Positions 8,434-18,401 of a DNA stretch of 29,604 nt are shown piece after piece. Location: positions 1 to 29,604 of the IMG/VR virus record IMGVR_UViG_3300025490_000005. One strand, 5' to 3'. Position 1 is the stretch's first letter; each line of letters begins with the position of its first letter. The notes beneath the pieces were generated by a model that was not told where the DNA came from, did not search any database, and worked only from the letters and a program-made list of their open reading frames with translations. Source of the DNA: a virus. Its lineage: Duplodnaviria > Caudoviricetes. The translations under genes were made by a program, and so were the position numbers.

Positions 8434-9846
8434 TTAGAGCGGGTTGCCGCCGACTCTTGTAACTACAAATGATAGATGGCTGATGCTTGCCGTTAGATGC
8501 TCAGCTGTAAACGCATTCCGGTAAAACACTTGCAGAACGCTAAAGCTCATCTGTGTTAACCCGGTCGCCAAATGATCCCTTGCAAAGCCTCTTGGCGGCT
8601 CAATCAACGCTGTGAACGACACGGAGAAAGAAGGCACATTAAACTCACAGCCGTCGTTGTTGCTTGTTAAAGCGCTGGGTATTCCATCAGCCGCGCCGCT
8701 TGCAAATGTTACGACTAGATCGTTTTTCGCCGCACCGAAGTTTATCATGTTGAGGTAGAGCTCTGTCTGGTCAGCGCCGGCCGAGGTCGAAAGAATCGCA
8801 AAAGAGACGCCTAAAGCATCTCTTACTGTAAAGCTATTCCTCAAAGTGGTACTTGCCAAATTCTGCGAGAGCGCGTGGCTGAATTTTATAAGAATCCGCC
8901 AATCATTTAACTGGTTGGAGATTGACAATATGGTTGGAGTAATCGGACGGCAGACAAGCAGCCCCAGATTGCTTAGCGCTACTGTAAGCTGTTCACTTTT
9001 GTAAGCATTACGATTTTGTATCGGGATAACTTCAAAAGATAGGTTGCTTATCGCTACTGTCACCAAATCGGGGAAGATGCTCATGCCGGCATAATTTCTC
9101 GTAGTTAGGCTCCATTGCATTGAAGCGTTTACCGTCGCCAGAAACCCTACTCTAAAGTCATTTGTCCGAAAGAGCGCAATATCTGTAGCAGTGGCCATAA
9201 ACCCTGGAACTCTGCGCTCGACCTCCCAAATTCTTGTGCCGTCAGGCTGGTGGCAGTATGCCCTGTAATAGACGAACCCGTCTGTTTTGATGTAGCCGAC
9301 GATTAACCCTTGGTCGTTGTGGTGCTCCCGCGTTACAGGCAGCCACCCTCTGATTGTACTGATTTTTGATACGCCACTGGCAAGCATAATCGGGCTGTCC
9401 TGCCAGTAGCGGCCATATAGGGCGCCATCCTGCACGTAAAAGATCCACGGCACATCTTCTGTCACAAAGTCAAAGCGCCTTGACTTCCAGTCTCTATCCC
9501 AATACCCGTCAAACTCTATGCCTACTGATGTGACATTTGCTGCTGCCATAAATTCATCCAGCCAAGGTGTCAGTTCATCATATGGCAGTGCTTTTGATTT
9601 AACAGCCGCCACACCGTCATCCACGCAAACTGCATAAGCTTTCGTCGGGGCAGTGCCTACCGTCAAGCGCTTGACGGTAACATCTATAGCTTGAAGTGTA
9701 GCGCTTTTTTGGAGCGTATGCACAAGAAACAGTTCAGTCGTCAAGCCCCGGCTAAAATATGCCTTAAGCTCAGGTTGCGCATTGTTATATAGCGTCTTTT
9801 GCCTTGAGGTTATCTTTTCTAAAAGTTCCTGACTAATCTGCCTCAC
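8434..9846 (-). CDS. Minor tail protein of unknown function
   Basis: 470-aa ORF with GGAGGTG SD in the tail module; beta-rich. Confidence 0.7.
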   Translation of the reverse strand: MRQISQELLEKITSRQKTLYNNAQPELKAYFSRGLTTELFLVHTLQKSATLQAIDVTVKRLTVGTAPTKAYAVCVDDGVAAVKSKALPYDELTPWLDEFMAAANVTSVGIEFDGYWDRDWKSRRFDFVTEDVPWIFYVQDGALYGRYWQDSPIMLASGVSKISTIRGWLPVTREHHNDQGLIVGYIKTDGFVYYRAYCHQPDGTRIWEVERRVPGFMATATDIALFRTNDFRVGFLATVNASMQWSLTTRNYAGMSIFPDLVTVAISNLSFEVIPIQNRNAYKSEQLTVALSNLGLLVCRPITPTILSISNQLNDWRILIKFSHALSQNLASTTLRNSFTVRDALGVSFAILSTSAGADQTELYLNMINFGAAKNDLVVTFASGAADGIPSALTSNNDGCEFNVPSFSVSFTALIEPPRGFARDHLATGLTQMSFSVLQVFYRNAFTAEHLTASISHLSFVVTRVGGNPL

Positions 9847-9858
9847 ATACTCACCACC

Positions 9859-10206
9859 TCAAACTGCCGGCTGAAAACATCTCACTGAAATTTTGGCGGC
9901 AAAAATACCCTTTAATTTACTAATTTTCTCCCAGCTTGGTGCCTCTGCGATGAGCCCCACCCATGTATCAGTTCCGTCGCTCACGTTGATAGGCTCGCCT
10001 TTTGCCTGACACCGGTCAATAATCTCTTTGCCTTTTTTGTCCACCCATAATTCAACATCAATAACCTCTGTTGCGTTGCCGATAGTCTCTACATGAGGCA
10101 AACCGTCAAGCGTGGTATGCCAAATCTGGTGCGCATCAAAGCGGCGGAGGGTGTTGATGTAGCGCGTGATTAGATCATTGTCAATCGTCCAGATGCCTAC
10201 CGGCAT
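9859..10206 (-). CDS. Small tail protein, possibly distal-tail-like
   Basis: Directly follows tape measure; AGGAGGTG SD; function from position only. Confidence 0.6.
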   Translation of the reverse strand: MPVGIWTIDNDLITRYINTLRRFDAHQIWHTTLDGLPHVETIGNATEVIDVELWVDKKGKEIIDRCQAKGEPINVSDGTDTWVGLIAEAPSWEKISKLKGIFAAKISVRCFQPAV

Positions 10207-10210
10207 AACA

Positions 10211-12583
10211 TCACCTCCTGTTGCTTTTGCGCAGCTCGTCCATCACCAGTTCAAGTGCGCCGATAAATTCGCCCTGGTTATTTACACCTCTGATTGTGAT
10301 TTCACCGGAGTGCACATGTCCGATTTGCGCATTTTTGCTTTCTGCTGCAAAGCCAACCGGCACTGCTCTTTGCATATCGCCGCTGATGCGTGACATCGCC
10401 TGCTCAAAACCTACACCGATGCCAGCTGCCATGTCGCCGCCGAGTCCGGCAAAGAGTAAAGACGGACTCCTTATCCCAAAGAAACTCTTGATGCCGCCTA
10501 CAATCCCGTTCATAAAGCCGGCAATTTGCCTTCTGATCCATGCTCCCATATCAGAGATGCCCTGCCATAATCCTCTAATCAGGTCGCCGCCTACGCGCGC
10601 CATTTGCCAGGTTGAGCCGGAGAACGCATTTGCAATACTTGAGATAATGCGCGGCACAGCAGACACAATGCTTGCAATAATCTTTGGCAAGTCCCGAGTT
10701 AAAGAGCCAAATACCCGCACGCCAGCTTGGGCAAGCTGCGGAGCGCTGCCGACAAAGCCGCCCACAAGCGCCGCGATGATCTGCGGGACTGCCACTGCAA
10801 CAGCGACAATTATCTCAGGCAGCGCAGTAACTAGCGCGGTAAGAAGCAGAATGCCAGCTTCGATAATCTGCGGGGTTGCGACGATGAGAAACGACACTAT
10901 CGCATCAATAATTTTTGGCAGCGCAGCCACAAGCACGGGCAGCGCGGTCACTAGCCCTTGCGCTAAGCCAAGAATAATCTGCAGCGCTGCGTCCAGCACA
11001 AGCGGCAAGTTTTTGACAAGCGTCTGTGCAACAAGGCCAACTGCCTCAACAATCGCCGGAACAAGTCGCGGCAGCGCGTCTCCAATGCCGCCGGCAAGCG
11101 TGGCCACCATTTTTACTGCCGCATCAATCAGTACCGGCAGCGTGGCGATAATCCCATCAGCCAGAGCAAGCACAAGCCGCAGCGCGCCCTCAGCCAGGCC
11201 GGGCAGAGCCGCGACCAGACCATCCAGCAGCGTCATGATGATCTTGGAGGCGGCGTCTACAAGTATTGAGAGGTTGTCTGTAATCGCCCCGCCGATGGAC
11301 ATGATTATATCCATGCCAAGAGCTACGATATCAGGCACGGTTTTCATGATTGTATCCACGATGCCGCCTACCGTGTCGCCTACGACCTCGCTGATTCTCG
11401 TCCAATCGCCGCCAGCTTCGTTTAGTCCTCGCGTAAACTTGCCAAGCAGCCCCACGCCATCACCCGCAAGCACTTGCAGCTGCGGCAACAACACCATGCC
11501 AAGGGCGTTTCTTGCGGCTCCGGCACCAGCCCTAAGGCGCTGGACTGTATCGTCAAATGCGCCAAGGTTTAAGAGCGCATCCTCGCTCATCACAGCGCCC
11601 ATCTGCCGGGCTTCTTCAGTAAGCTCTGCAATACCGGCAGAGCCTTGCGCGATAAGCGGATTAAGGTCAAGCGCCGATTTGCCAAAGATCTGCATAGAGA
11701 GGGCGCTACGCTCAGTTTCATCTTTTACCTGCCCGAGCGCATCAATAGTTTCCCAGTAGACAGTTTCCGCGTCACGGAGATTGCCGCCGGCATCAGTCAC
11801 AGAGACGCCAAGCTCCTTGTACGCCCCGGTTTGTAATTTCGCCCCTCTGCGAGCCGCATCCATCGCGCGTATGTTTCTTGCCATGCTGCCGGTCAGCGTT
11901 TCAAGCGGCACGTCCACAAGCTCGGCGGCATATCTGTATGCCTGCAGCGCGTCTGTGCTCATCCCGGTGACTGTGGCTGCGGTAAGTATTTCATCGGCAT
12001 ACGTTGCAGCGCCTACGGACATGCCGGCAAGCGCCCTGCCTGCAGCAGCAGCGGCAACGCCAACGGCAACAAATGCAGCGCCCATCGCTATGCCCACGTT
12101 TTGCAGTGTGCCCCTCAATCTGTCAAACTTGGAACCTGCCTCATCCGCGTCTTTGCCTGTTTTGTCAAGTTCGTTGCCAAGCTGTTCTGTTTGTGTTTCT
12201 AGGTCGTTTGTTTCCTTTGCGGCATCTTCTAGGGCATTACTCGTGTCGCTTAGCTCGCGCTCCATGTTAAGGAGCGCGGCGTTTGCCTTATTTAGCTGTA
12301 TTTGCCACTCTTGTGTGCGCTTGTCGTTTTCACCAAAGGAGGCGGCGGCGTTTAATAGGGCGGCGCGGAGGACATCCGTCTTTTTCCTCTGCTCGTCAAT
12401 CTCTTTGCCAAGCACTTCTTTTCGCGCGGTTAAGGCCTCGACTGACTTGTCGTTTTTGCCAAACTGGGCAGACACAAGCTCCATTTCGCTGCCTAGGACC
12501 TTAAAAGAGCGGTTGATATCCTGCATGGCGGTCTTGAATTCCTTTTGGCCTTCTACGCCTATCCGCAGGCCGAAATCTGCCAC
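10211..12583 (-). CDS. Tail tape measure protein
   Basis: N-terminal coiled coil, Ala/Gly/Leu-rich amphipathic repeats with periodic Pro, C-terminal FFGIRSPS; GTG 12583 behind GGGAGGT. Confidence 0.92.
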   Translation of the reverse strand: MADFGLRIGVEGQKEFKTAMQDINRSFKVLGSEMELVSAQFGKNDKSVEALTARKEVLGKEIDEQRKKTDVLRAALLNAAASFGENDKRTQEWQIQLNKANAALLNMERELSDTSNALEDAAKETNDLETQTEQLGNELDKTGKDADEAGSKFDRLRGTLQNVGIAMGAAFVAVGVAAAAAGRALAGMSVGAATYADEILTAATVTGMSTDALQAYRYAAELVDVPLETLTGSMARNIRAMDAARRGAKLQTGAYKELGVSVTDAGGNLRDAETVYWETIDALGQVKDETERSALSMQIFGKSALDLNPLIAQGSAGIAELTEEARQMGAVMSEDALLNLGAFDDTVQRLRAGAGAARNALGMVLLPQLQVLAGDGVGLLGKFTRGLNEAGGDWTRISEVVGDTVGGIVDTIMKTVPDIVALGMDIIMSIGGAITDNLSILVDAASKIIMTLLDGLVAALPGLAEGALRLVLALADGIIATLPVLIDAAVKMVATLAGGIGDALPRLVPAIVEAVGLVAQTLVKNLPLVLDAALQIILGLAQGLVTALPVLVAALPKIIDAIVSFLIVATPQIIEAGILLLTALVTALPEIIVAVAVAVPQIIAALVGGFVGSAPQLAQAGVRVFGSLTRDLPKIIASIVSAVPRIISSIANAFSGSTWQMARVGGDLIRGLWQGISDMGAWIRRQIAGFMNGIVGGIKSFFGIRSPSLLFAGLGGDMAAGIGVGFEQAMSRISGDMQRAVPVGFAAESKNAQIGHVHSGEITIRGVNNQGEFIGALELVMDELRKSNRR

Positions 12584-12607
12584 GCAGCGCACCTCCCTTC
12601 CAATTTC

Positions 12608-12817
12608 CTATATTCCGTAGGGAACTAAATTTTCAATGAATATTTCTTTTTTCTGTTTCGCCAGCCCTAGAAACTGCTTGTGGCACTCCCACAAATCAAG
12701 CAAGAGGCCAAGCGGCATGAGCCACGTTTCATCTTCTGTGCGGTTTAAATGAACTGTACCGTAATAGAGAAGCCGGGTGAACAACTCATCGTCGCTTACC
12801 CGGCTTCCGTGTTTTTT
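12608..12817 (-). CDS. Tail assembly chaperone -1 frame extension (gpT-like), absent from the ORF track
   Basis: Open -1 frame from the slippery site: KHGSRVSDDELFTRLLYYGTVHLNRTEDETWLMPLGLLLDLWECHKQFLG...PYGI*. Confidence 0.8.
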   Translation of the reverse strand, partial: KKHGSRVSDDELFTRLLYYGTVHLNRTEDETWLMPLGLLLDLWECHKQFLGLAKQKKEIFIENLVPYGI

Positions 12818-13179
12818 GGACTGTCCTCGCTTGCAATGCTGCGCTTCGTGCCCTTAAACATTGCTTCGGTGATGGCGGCTTTGTATTCTGCCAAGTCTAG
12901 CGGTGTGGTTAAAAGCTCCACCGCTTCTTCGCTCAGAAGCTCTTGCCGGCTTTCCTTGTTTTTGAGGTTGTGGATGAGGATGGACTGGTTCGCGAGCAGC
13001 GTAATCAGCCAAATGATCTCATCAAGCGCCAGTTCAAAGTTCTCGGCTTGCATCAGCTTTTCGCCTAGATTCTCTAAGCCTCCGTAGCGTCTTGCAATCT
13101 CTTTTGTGGCGCGGGTGGTCAGCACCAGTTCATAGTCCGCACCGCCGATATTGATATTTGCACTTCTTTCGTTATCCAT
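12796..13179 (-). CDS. Tail assembly chaperone (gpG-like)
   Basis: Between major tail and tape measure; ends SPKNTEAG; ATG 13179. Confidence 0.85.
   Translation of the reverse strand: MDNERSANINIGGADYELVLTTRATKEIARRYGGLENLGEKLMQAENFELALDEIIWLITLLANQSILIHNLKNKESRQELLSEEAVELLTTPLDLAEYKAAITEAMFKGTKRSIASEDSPKNTEAG
12811..12817 (-). other. -1 ribosomal slippery heptamer A AAA AAC
   Basis: cca aaa aac in frame 0, four sense codons before the chaperone stop. Confidence 0.8.
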
Positions 13180-13194
13180 AAACAATTACCCCCC

Positions 13195-13779
13195 CTATGG
13201 CGTATATGCCGGTTCGTAAACCAACGTATACCAAGCATTTATCGTGGCCGGCAATACGCTTGCATCATCCTCGTTTACTTCAGCTTTCCAAGGATGCTGT
13301 CCTCTTGAATCTGCTTTGTTTCGCCTAAGCACCGTACCTTCGATGGAGGGAGTAGAAAATGTGATTGAGTCACTTTTCGTTTCCAAATTCGTAGGCGGGA
13401 TGCCAAACTTTACGCGATAGAGCCAGAAGTATCTATACTTGCCATTTGCTTTCTTTGCCCTAAACCCTACCGCCACAGGCATCCCGACATCCTCGCTGCT
13501 TGAAATAAGCACACCTTTAGAATCCACAGTTGCACCAGTCAGCGCTGCAGCAACAGCACGGCCGATACCATCCACGCTCAGCGTTAATGTACCGCTTTGG
13601 AATTCCTTTACTACCTCCACAGCGCCGTCGTCGGCATAAAGCGTCGCTTCGGCAAGCTCGATGGAGAGCTCAGCTGAGATCGCCTTTGCCAGCATTAGCG
13701 GCGTGCCGTATGTTTCGTTGCCGTTTGCCGCCTCTGTGATCGGCGCGTAGTAGAGCCGGTCAAGACCGATTGTTGCCAT
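13195..13779 (-). CDS. Major tail protein (phi13 family-like)
   Basis: MATIGLDRLYYA, LYADDG, VAVGFRAKKANGKYRYFWLYRVKF; ATG 13779 with GGAGG SD. Confidence 0.9.
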   Translation of the reverse strand: MATIGLDRLYYAPITEAANGNETYGTPLMLAKAISAELSIELAEATLYADDGAVEVVKEFQSGTLTLSVDGIGRAVAAALTGATVDSKGVLISSSEDVGMPVAVGFRAKKANGKYRYFWLYRVKFGIPPTNLETKSDSITFSTPSIEGTVLRRNKADSRGQHPWKAEVNEDDASVLPATINAWYTLVYEPAYTP

Positions 13780-13781
13780 AA

Positions 13782-14123
13782 TCATTCCTCCTGCAGTTCG
13801 TATTCTTTTGCCACATTTACGGAATAATGGTGGTAGCCCGTGTCCTCCTCGTAACCGAGGTAGCGCCGGCTGGTGACAGTGAAGTTGTTTTGTAGCAATG
13901 CGGCTACAAGCTGATTTTTCCGCCGGGTGTAGCTGCCCTTGCAAAAGAGCGACAGCCGCGCTTCCTGCACCTCAAGCCCCGGAACGTCGTCGGCGTGAAC
14001 TTCAAAAATGTCCAAGAGCGGTGTAATGACGACGTACTCATCCGGAGCCTTGCCGCTAAAGATGCCGGTTTCAACTGCGATTACGCCGGTTAAAAGCGCA
14101 TTTAGTCCGGCTAAAATGCTCAC
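13782..14123 (-). CDS. Tail completion/terminator-like protein
   Basis: Position before major tail; C-terminal YEEDTGYHH. Confidence 0.7.
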   Translation of the reverse strand: MSILAGLNALLTGVIAVETGIFSGKAPDEYVVITPLLDIFEVHADDVPGLEVQEARLSLFCKGSYTRRKNQLVAALLQNNFTVTSRRYLGYEEDTGYHHYSVNVAKEYELQEE

Positions 14124-14554
14124 AAGCTCTCCACCTCCAGCTCAAAGGCCTCCGTCATCGTCTTGATGACTAATTTTCTAGAGGTGCTTCTTGCCGGGGC
14201 TAGAAACGGTTTTGCGGGTTGTCCGTGTTTGCCATGTTCAATAATATTTGCGAGCATAGCGTTGCTTAGGCCATCGCGCCGAGGCTCGGAAAAACCGACT
14301 TTGATATTTAGCGTGCCGTCTCTGCTGAGTTTGACCGGCGATATGCCTAGTGCATCGACCAGCTCACCCGTAGAGCGCGATGCGTGCAAGGTATCGCGCC
14401 CGATAACCGCTGCCAGGTTGTCTTTGACTTTCTCCAGCGCTACCTCGCCGCCCGCTTCAAGCATCTTTGTGATTATTTCATCTGTTTTTTCCCCAAGCCG
14501 CGACAGCCTCAGGAGAAATTCCTCCGGCATTGAAAATACTTTGGCTTTAGCCAC
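14120..14554 (-). CDS. HK97 gp10-like neck protein
   Basis: STGEL, IEHGKHGQPAKPFLAPA. Confidence 0.85.
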   Translation of the reverse strand: MAKAKVFSMPEEFLLRLSRLGEKTDEIITKMLEAGGEVALEKVKDNLAAVIGRDTLHASRSTGELVDALGISPVKLSRDGTLNIKVGFSEPRRDGLSNAMLANIIEHGKHGQPAKPFLAPARSTSRKLVIKTMTEAFELEVESL

Positions 14555-14879
14555 CGGAAATCACCTTCTTTGCCAGAACTTCAAGATACATGCCGCGCCC
14601 GCGCACGTCCTCGACGCTCAAAATGTTGTAGCGCCCGTCAGCGCAAACGATAACCATCTGTGCCGTAAACACAAGGCCGGGGATTTTACGGAAGCGAAAG
14701 AGGGCGGACGCCTCAGAGAAGGCCGCCATGTTCGCCCATTTTTCATTGCCGCGCCTGTCCTCTTTGTAGGCGCGGATAGAGGCGAGGATGGTGTCGCCGG
14801 TGACCGCAAAACCCTCGCTATCCTTAACAGGCACAGTTGAGATGATATCGATAAAGGTATTCATCTTGCCAAAGCTCAT
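14547..14879 (-). CDS. Head-tail adaptor / head-closure protein
   Basis: MSFGKMN...KDSEGF...GRYNILSVED; synteny. Confidence 0.8.
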   Translation of the reverse strand: MSFGKMNTFIDIISTVPVKDSEGFAVTGDTILASIRAYKEDRRGNEKWANMAAFSEASALFRFRKIPGLVFTAQMVIVCADGRYNILSVEDVRGRGMYLEVLAKKVISGG

Positions 14880-15202
14880 ATGCTTTTCCCCCAATCCCGG
14901 TCAAGCCGCAGCAGCAGATTAACCGTGTGCCACACCTGCTGACTTGCCTGCACGTTATCTGCAAAAAAGCCTGCTGTCGAGCCGTCTCTGGACTCGTAAA
15001 AATGGCTGGAGAGCATAATCACAGCCTGTTCGGTGGTGGGCGGCATGGCGTTCTCAAAGTAATGGCCTTCTGCAATATGCTGGTAGCTTTCGGCATAAGA
15101 AAGAGCGGCGCGGATAAAGCCTAAAAGTAGAGCATCGTCCGCGCCGTGTTCCAGAATCAAATTCGCCTTGACTTTAGGCAACAGGGTATCCATCACACTC
15201 AT
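14876..15202 (-). CDS. Head-tail connector (gp6/gp15-like)
   Basis: VKANLILEHGADDALL...AVIMLSSHFYESR. Confidence 0.88.
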   Translation of the reverse strand: MSVMDTLLPKVKANLILEHGADDALLLGFIRAALSYAESYQHIAEGHYFENAMPPTTEQAVIMLSSHFYESRDGSTAGFFADNVQASQQVWHTVNLLLRLDRDWGKSI

Positions 15203-15214
15203 GCCGCCGCACCC

Positions 15215-16405
15215 CTACACTGTTTTGTGCTGGAGTACCTTGAAAGCTTCCGGCAGGATCACCCTGCCGTCCACGCGCTGAGTGGCCATAAAGCCAACCT
15301 GGCCCGTTACGGCAAACAGTTCGCTCAGTCGCTTGAACACCCTCCCTTGGCGGTCAGCCACCCAGTAATAGCTAAAATCACCGAAGATCACGCTTTTTGC
15401 TGCAGCCTCGATGGCAGGCATATACGCCGAGGTATAGAGTGGACGGTTTAAGATAGAGTCGGGCGTTCCCACTTGGATAGACGGCTGCCAGAGGTACTGG
15501 CCGGTGCTGTCTTTTAGTTTCCTGATCGCTTTGACGGTGGAGTCGTTCATCACAAAGACCGCCTTGTTGCGGTAGGGCGCTTTCAGACTGTAGAACAAAT
15601 CAAGGATATCATCTAGCGAGATGGTAGTGGCATTTGCTGTTTGGTCGCCGACCGTTCCGGGAATGATGCCTTGGGGTTTGCCTATTCCGTCGCCTAATAG
15701 GAACGCTTCTTCTTCCTTACCGCCGATCCTGCGGGCAAACTCTCTTGCGATGTAGTTTTCAAGGTCGAATACGGAGTCGTTTAAGAGTTCCTCGGAAACC
15801 TTAATCATGGTGGCAAGCTTATGGGCGCCGATTGACACCTGCAAGAAGCTGTCGTCGCTCTCAGGGATAGCGCCTTCCTCGTCCACCCAAGATGCGTTGC
15901 CCTTACTCGCAACAACGGGAATCTTGCGGTCGCCGCTTGAGGTGGTGATGACGCTTGCCAAGCGGCGAAAGATATTTTTTTCTTCTAAGGCTTCGACGAG
16001 CGTACGCTCAAACGTATCCGGCACAAGGTAGCCGCCTTCATGATCAGAGCCAACCTGCAGGGCGTCTATGACCTCGTACTTTGGCTTTTGGGAGCGCATG
16101 GCATTCCAGAACGCCTTCTTGTACTCGGCTGATGCCCTGCCGGTCAAATCCTTGCCGGGCGTATCTGCCGGGGCGTTGGTGATAGCCTTGTTAACAGGAA
16201 GGGAAAGCTCAAGGTCAATTGCGGCCTGGCGCTCCAAACGGTCGATTTCTTTACCAAGCGCCACAACATCGGCTTCCATTTTCTCGTAGGTGACGGTGTC
16301 TTCTGCAGAGATTATCCCGTCATTGCCTCTTTTTGAATCGAGAAACGCCTTCGCTGTTTCCCAGGCCTTAGCCCTTTTTTCACGCAGTTCTAAAGTTTTA
16401 TTCAT
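15215..16405 (-). CDS. Major capsid protein, HK97 family
   Basis: N-terminal coiled-coil delta domain, GGYLVP, SEELLNDS, LKDSTGQYLWQP, RVDG. Confidence 0.95.
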   Translation of the reverse strand: MNKTLELREKRAKAWETAKAFLDSKRGNDGIISAEDTVTYEKMEADVVALGKEIDRLERQAAIDLELSLPVNKAITNAPADTPGKDLTGRASAEYKKAFWNAMRSQKPKYEVIDALQVGSDHEGGYLVPDTFERTLVEALEEKNIFRRLASVITTSSGDRKIPVVASKGNASWVDEEGAIPESDDSFLQVSIGAHKLATMIKVSEELLNDSVFDLENYIAREFARRIGGKEEEAFLLGDGIGKPQGIIPGTVGDQTANATTISLDDILDLFYSLKAPYRNKAVFVMNDSTVKAIRKLKDSTGQYLWQPSIQVGTPDSILNRPLYTSAYMPAIEAAAKSVIFGDFSYYWVADRQGRVFKRLSELFAVTGQVGFMATQRVDGRVILPEAFKVLQHKTV

Positions 16406-16407
16406 TT

Positions 16408-17106
16408 TCAATTGCCTCCTTGTAATTTTAATAGTTCAAGTCTCGTGTCGAGCTCAGTTATGGGTTTGCCTGATGTCTTTTCTTTGCGCGGCAATTTGCT
16501 CATAAGCGAGTTGATAACCGCCATTTTGCTAAAAATTGCTCCCTCGTTTGCAGGAGCCGACACATCCGCATCCCAAAACATGATCTGGTCTGCAAAGCCA
16601 AGCTCTACTGCTTTTTTTGCATTGAACCAGCTCTCGGCATCCATCAAATGCGACAGCTTCACCCTTGAAAGGCCGGTCTTTAACTCGTAGGCGTTGATGA
16701 TGCTTTCCTTCACCTCGCTTAGCATGCCTATGGCTTTTTCCATTTCCTCTGTGTCACCAAAGGCGATGGTCATAGGATTATGCACCATAATCATGGAAAC
16801 CGGCGACATTAAAACCTCCCCGCCTGCCATGGCAATAACAGACGCGGCACTTGCGGCAATTCCATCAATTTTCACTGTAACTTTTCCTTTGTAGTCCATC
16901 AGCATGTTGTAGATCTGGCTTGCCGCAAAGACACAGCCTCCCGGCGAGTTAATCCAGACGGTGATATCTCCGCTGCCGCTGATTAGCTCAGCCTTAAATT
17001 GCTTAGGCGTCACCTCATCGCCAAACCAAGTTTCCTCAGCGATGGCACCGTCAAGGTAGAGGGTTCTGCCTTCTTCATTTTTGACCCAATTCCAAAATTT
17101 GTTCAA
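16408..17106 (-). CDS. ClpP-like head maturation protease
   Basis: INSPGG, GIAASAASVI (catalytic Ser), MVHNP, AVELGFAD. Confidence 0.93.
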   Translation of the reverse strand: MNKFWNWVKNEEGRTLYLDGAIAEETWFGDEVTPKQFKAELISGSGDITVWINSPGGCVFAASQIYNMLMDYKGKVTVKIDGIAASAASVIAMAGGEVLMSPVSMIMVHNPMTIAFGDTEEMEKAIGMLSEVKESIINAYELKTGLSRVKLSHLMDAESWFNAKKAVELGFADQIMFWDADVSAPANEGAIFSKMAVINSLMSKLPRKEKTSGKPITELDTRLELLKLQGGN

Positions 17107-17151
17107 GCTTCATCTGCCTCCTTTCCCGCACTACTTTTATTTGCGAATGCT

Positions 17152-18375
17152 TTACATTATGTCGGACTTTCCATAAAATGCTCCAGCATCAGCAAGTTTG
17201 GTCATGTTGCCGTTGATCAGATAGAGATCTCCGCCGAGTTCATCCGGAATCCGATTCAGATTTTCCAGCTCTCTGATATCGTTTGATGACATCCAGCCGT
17301 TTTGCCGGCCAATCGCATAACCGTTCATTCTGCTTTGATAATCTCCTCGAAGGAGACCGTCTACATTGAACCTGATGAAATAATCCTTCTTCTCAACAGA
17401 GGGAAGAAGCGCCCTTTGCATTGCCTGCTCCCACCTTACAACCCACGGATCGAGCGTATACTTCACAAACTCAAGGCTCTGCTGCTCAATATTAGAGAAG
17501 CTGGATTTCTCAAGATCGCCAATCATGTGCGGCGGTATCCTGAAAATTCTAGCTATCTCTGTAATCTGAAATTTGCGCGTCGCAATGAACTGGGCTTGCT
17601 CTGGCGGAATACCGATACTTTGAAACTTCATGCCTTCTTCCAAGACTGCTATCCGATGCGCGTTTCCACTACCTTGATAAACCGCGTTCCAGCTGTCCCT
17701 TACTCGTTTTGGGTCCTTGACCACACCGGGATGCTCAAGTACTCCGCCCGGATTTGCGCCGTTTGCGAAAAAAGTGGCCCCATATTCCTCGCAGGCTAGA
17801 GCCATACCGATAGCATTTTTTGCCATGGCGATGGGAGAGTAACCGACCAGCCCGTCAAAACCAAGCCCTGGAATATGCAAGACATCCTCTTTTCGAAGAA
17901 TGGCTGAACCGGTATCCTTTCGGTATTCGTAGTAAAGCTCTCCAGCCTGCGTTCTATCAACCACCATCCTGTCGGGCAGCAGGGGATAGAGTGACAGCAC
18001 ATTTCCCCTGCCATCGCGAATGATCTGTGCATAGGCGTTTCCCCATAATAAAAGATGACTCATCAGTGTCTCACGAAACACAAATGAAGACATCTCAGGG
18101 TTTGGCTCGTCATGGAGTAAATGATAGAGGTGGTGATTTGTTGCTTTTTCCTTACCGCGTTCTGTGTGTTTGTAGGTATGAAGCGGCAGGCTCGCTATGG
18201 TTTCTGCTAGAATCCTAACACAGGCGTAAACCGCTGTGGTCTGCATGGCTGTGCGCTCGTTGACGCTCTTGCCGCTGGATGTTGTGCCGAAGAAGAAGCT
18301 GTAAGTAGAGCCAAACAGGCTGTTTGTAGGGCTGGCCCGAGAGCGTAATATCTTTGATAGAAAGGGTATCCTCAT
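17152..18375 (-). CDS. Portal protein, HK97 family
   Basis: VYACVRILAETIASLP, LLWGNAY, GYSPI, IARIFRIPPHMIG, SFSNIEQQ. Confidence 0.95.
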   Translation of the reverse strand: MRIPFLSKILRSRASPTNSLFGSTYSFFFGTTSSGKSVNERTAMQTTAVYACVRILAETIASLPLHTYKHTERGKEKATNHHLYHLLHDEPNPEMSSFVFRETLMSHLLLWGNAYAQIIRDGRGNVLSLYPLLPDRMVVDRTQAGELYYEYRKDTGSAILRKEDVLHIPGLGFDGLVGYSPIAMAKNAIGMALACEEYGATFFANGANPGGVLEHPGVVKDPKRVRDSWNAVYQGSGNAHRIAVLEEGMKFQSIGIPPEQAQFIATRKFQITEIARIFRIPPHMIGDLEKSSFSNIEQQSLEFVKYTLDPWVVRWEQAMQRALLPSVEKKDYFIRFNVDGLLRGDYQSRMNGYAIGRQNGWMSSNDIRELENLNRIPDELGGDLYLINGNMTKLADAGAFYGKSDIM

Positions 18376-18401
18376 AGGCGTGCCTCCTGATTCTGGGCGT
18401 G

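Noticed and set aside
10221-12620. Long plus-strand ORFs (512 and 279 aa) antisense to the tape measure gene
   Set aside because: Codon-aligned shadow of an Ala/Gly/Leu-rich gene; Ser/Ala/Pro/Thr-rich with no recognisable motifs.
14163-14840. 225-aa plus-strand ORF and the other plus-strand ORFs in the track
   Set aside because: They lie antisense to well-supported phage genes and have no recognisable domains.
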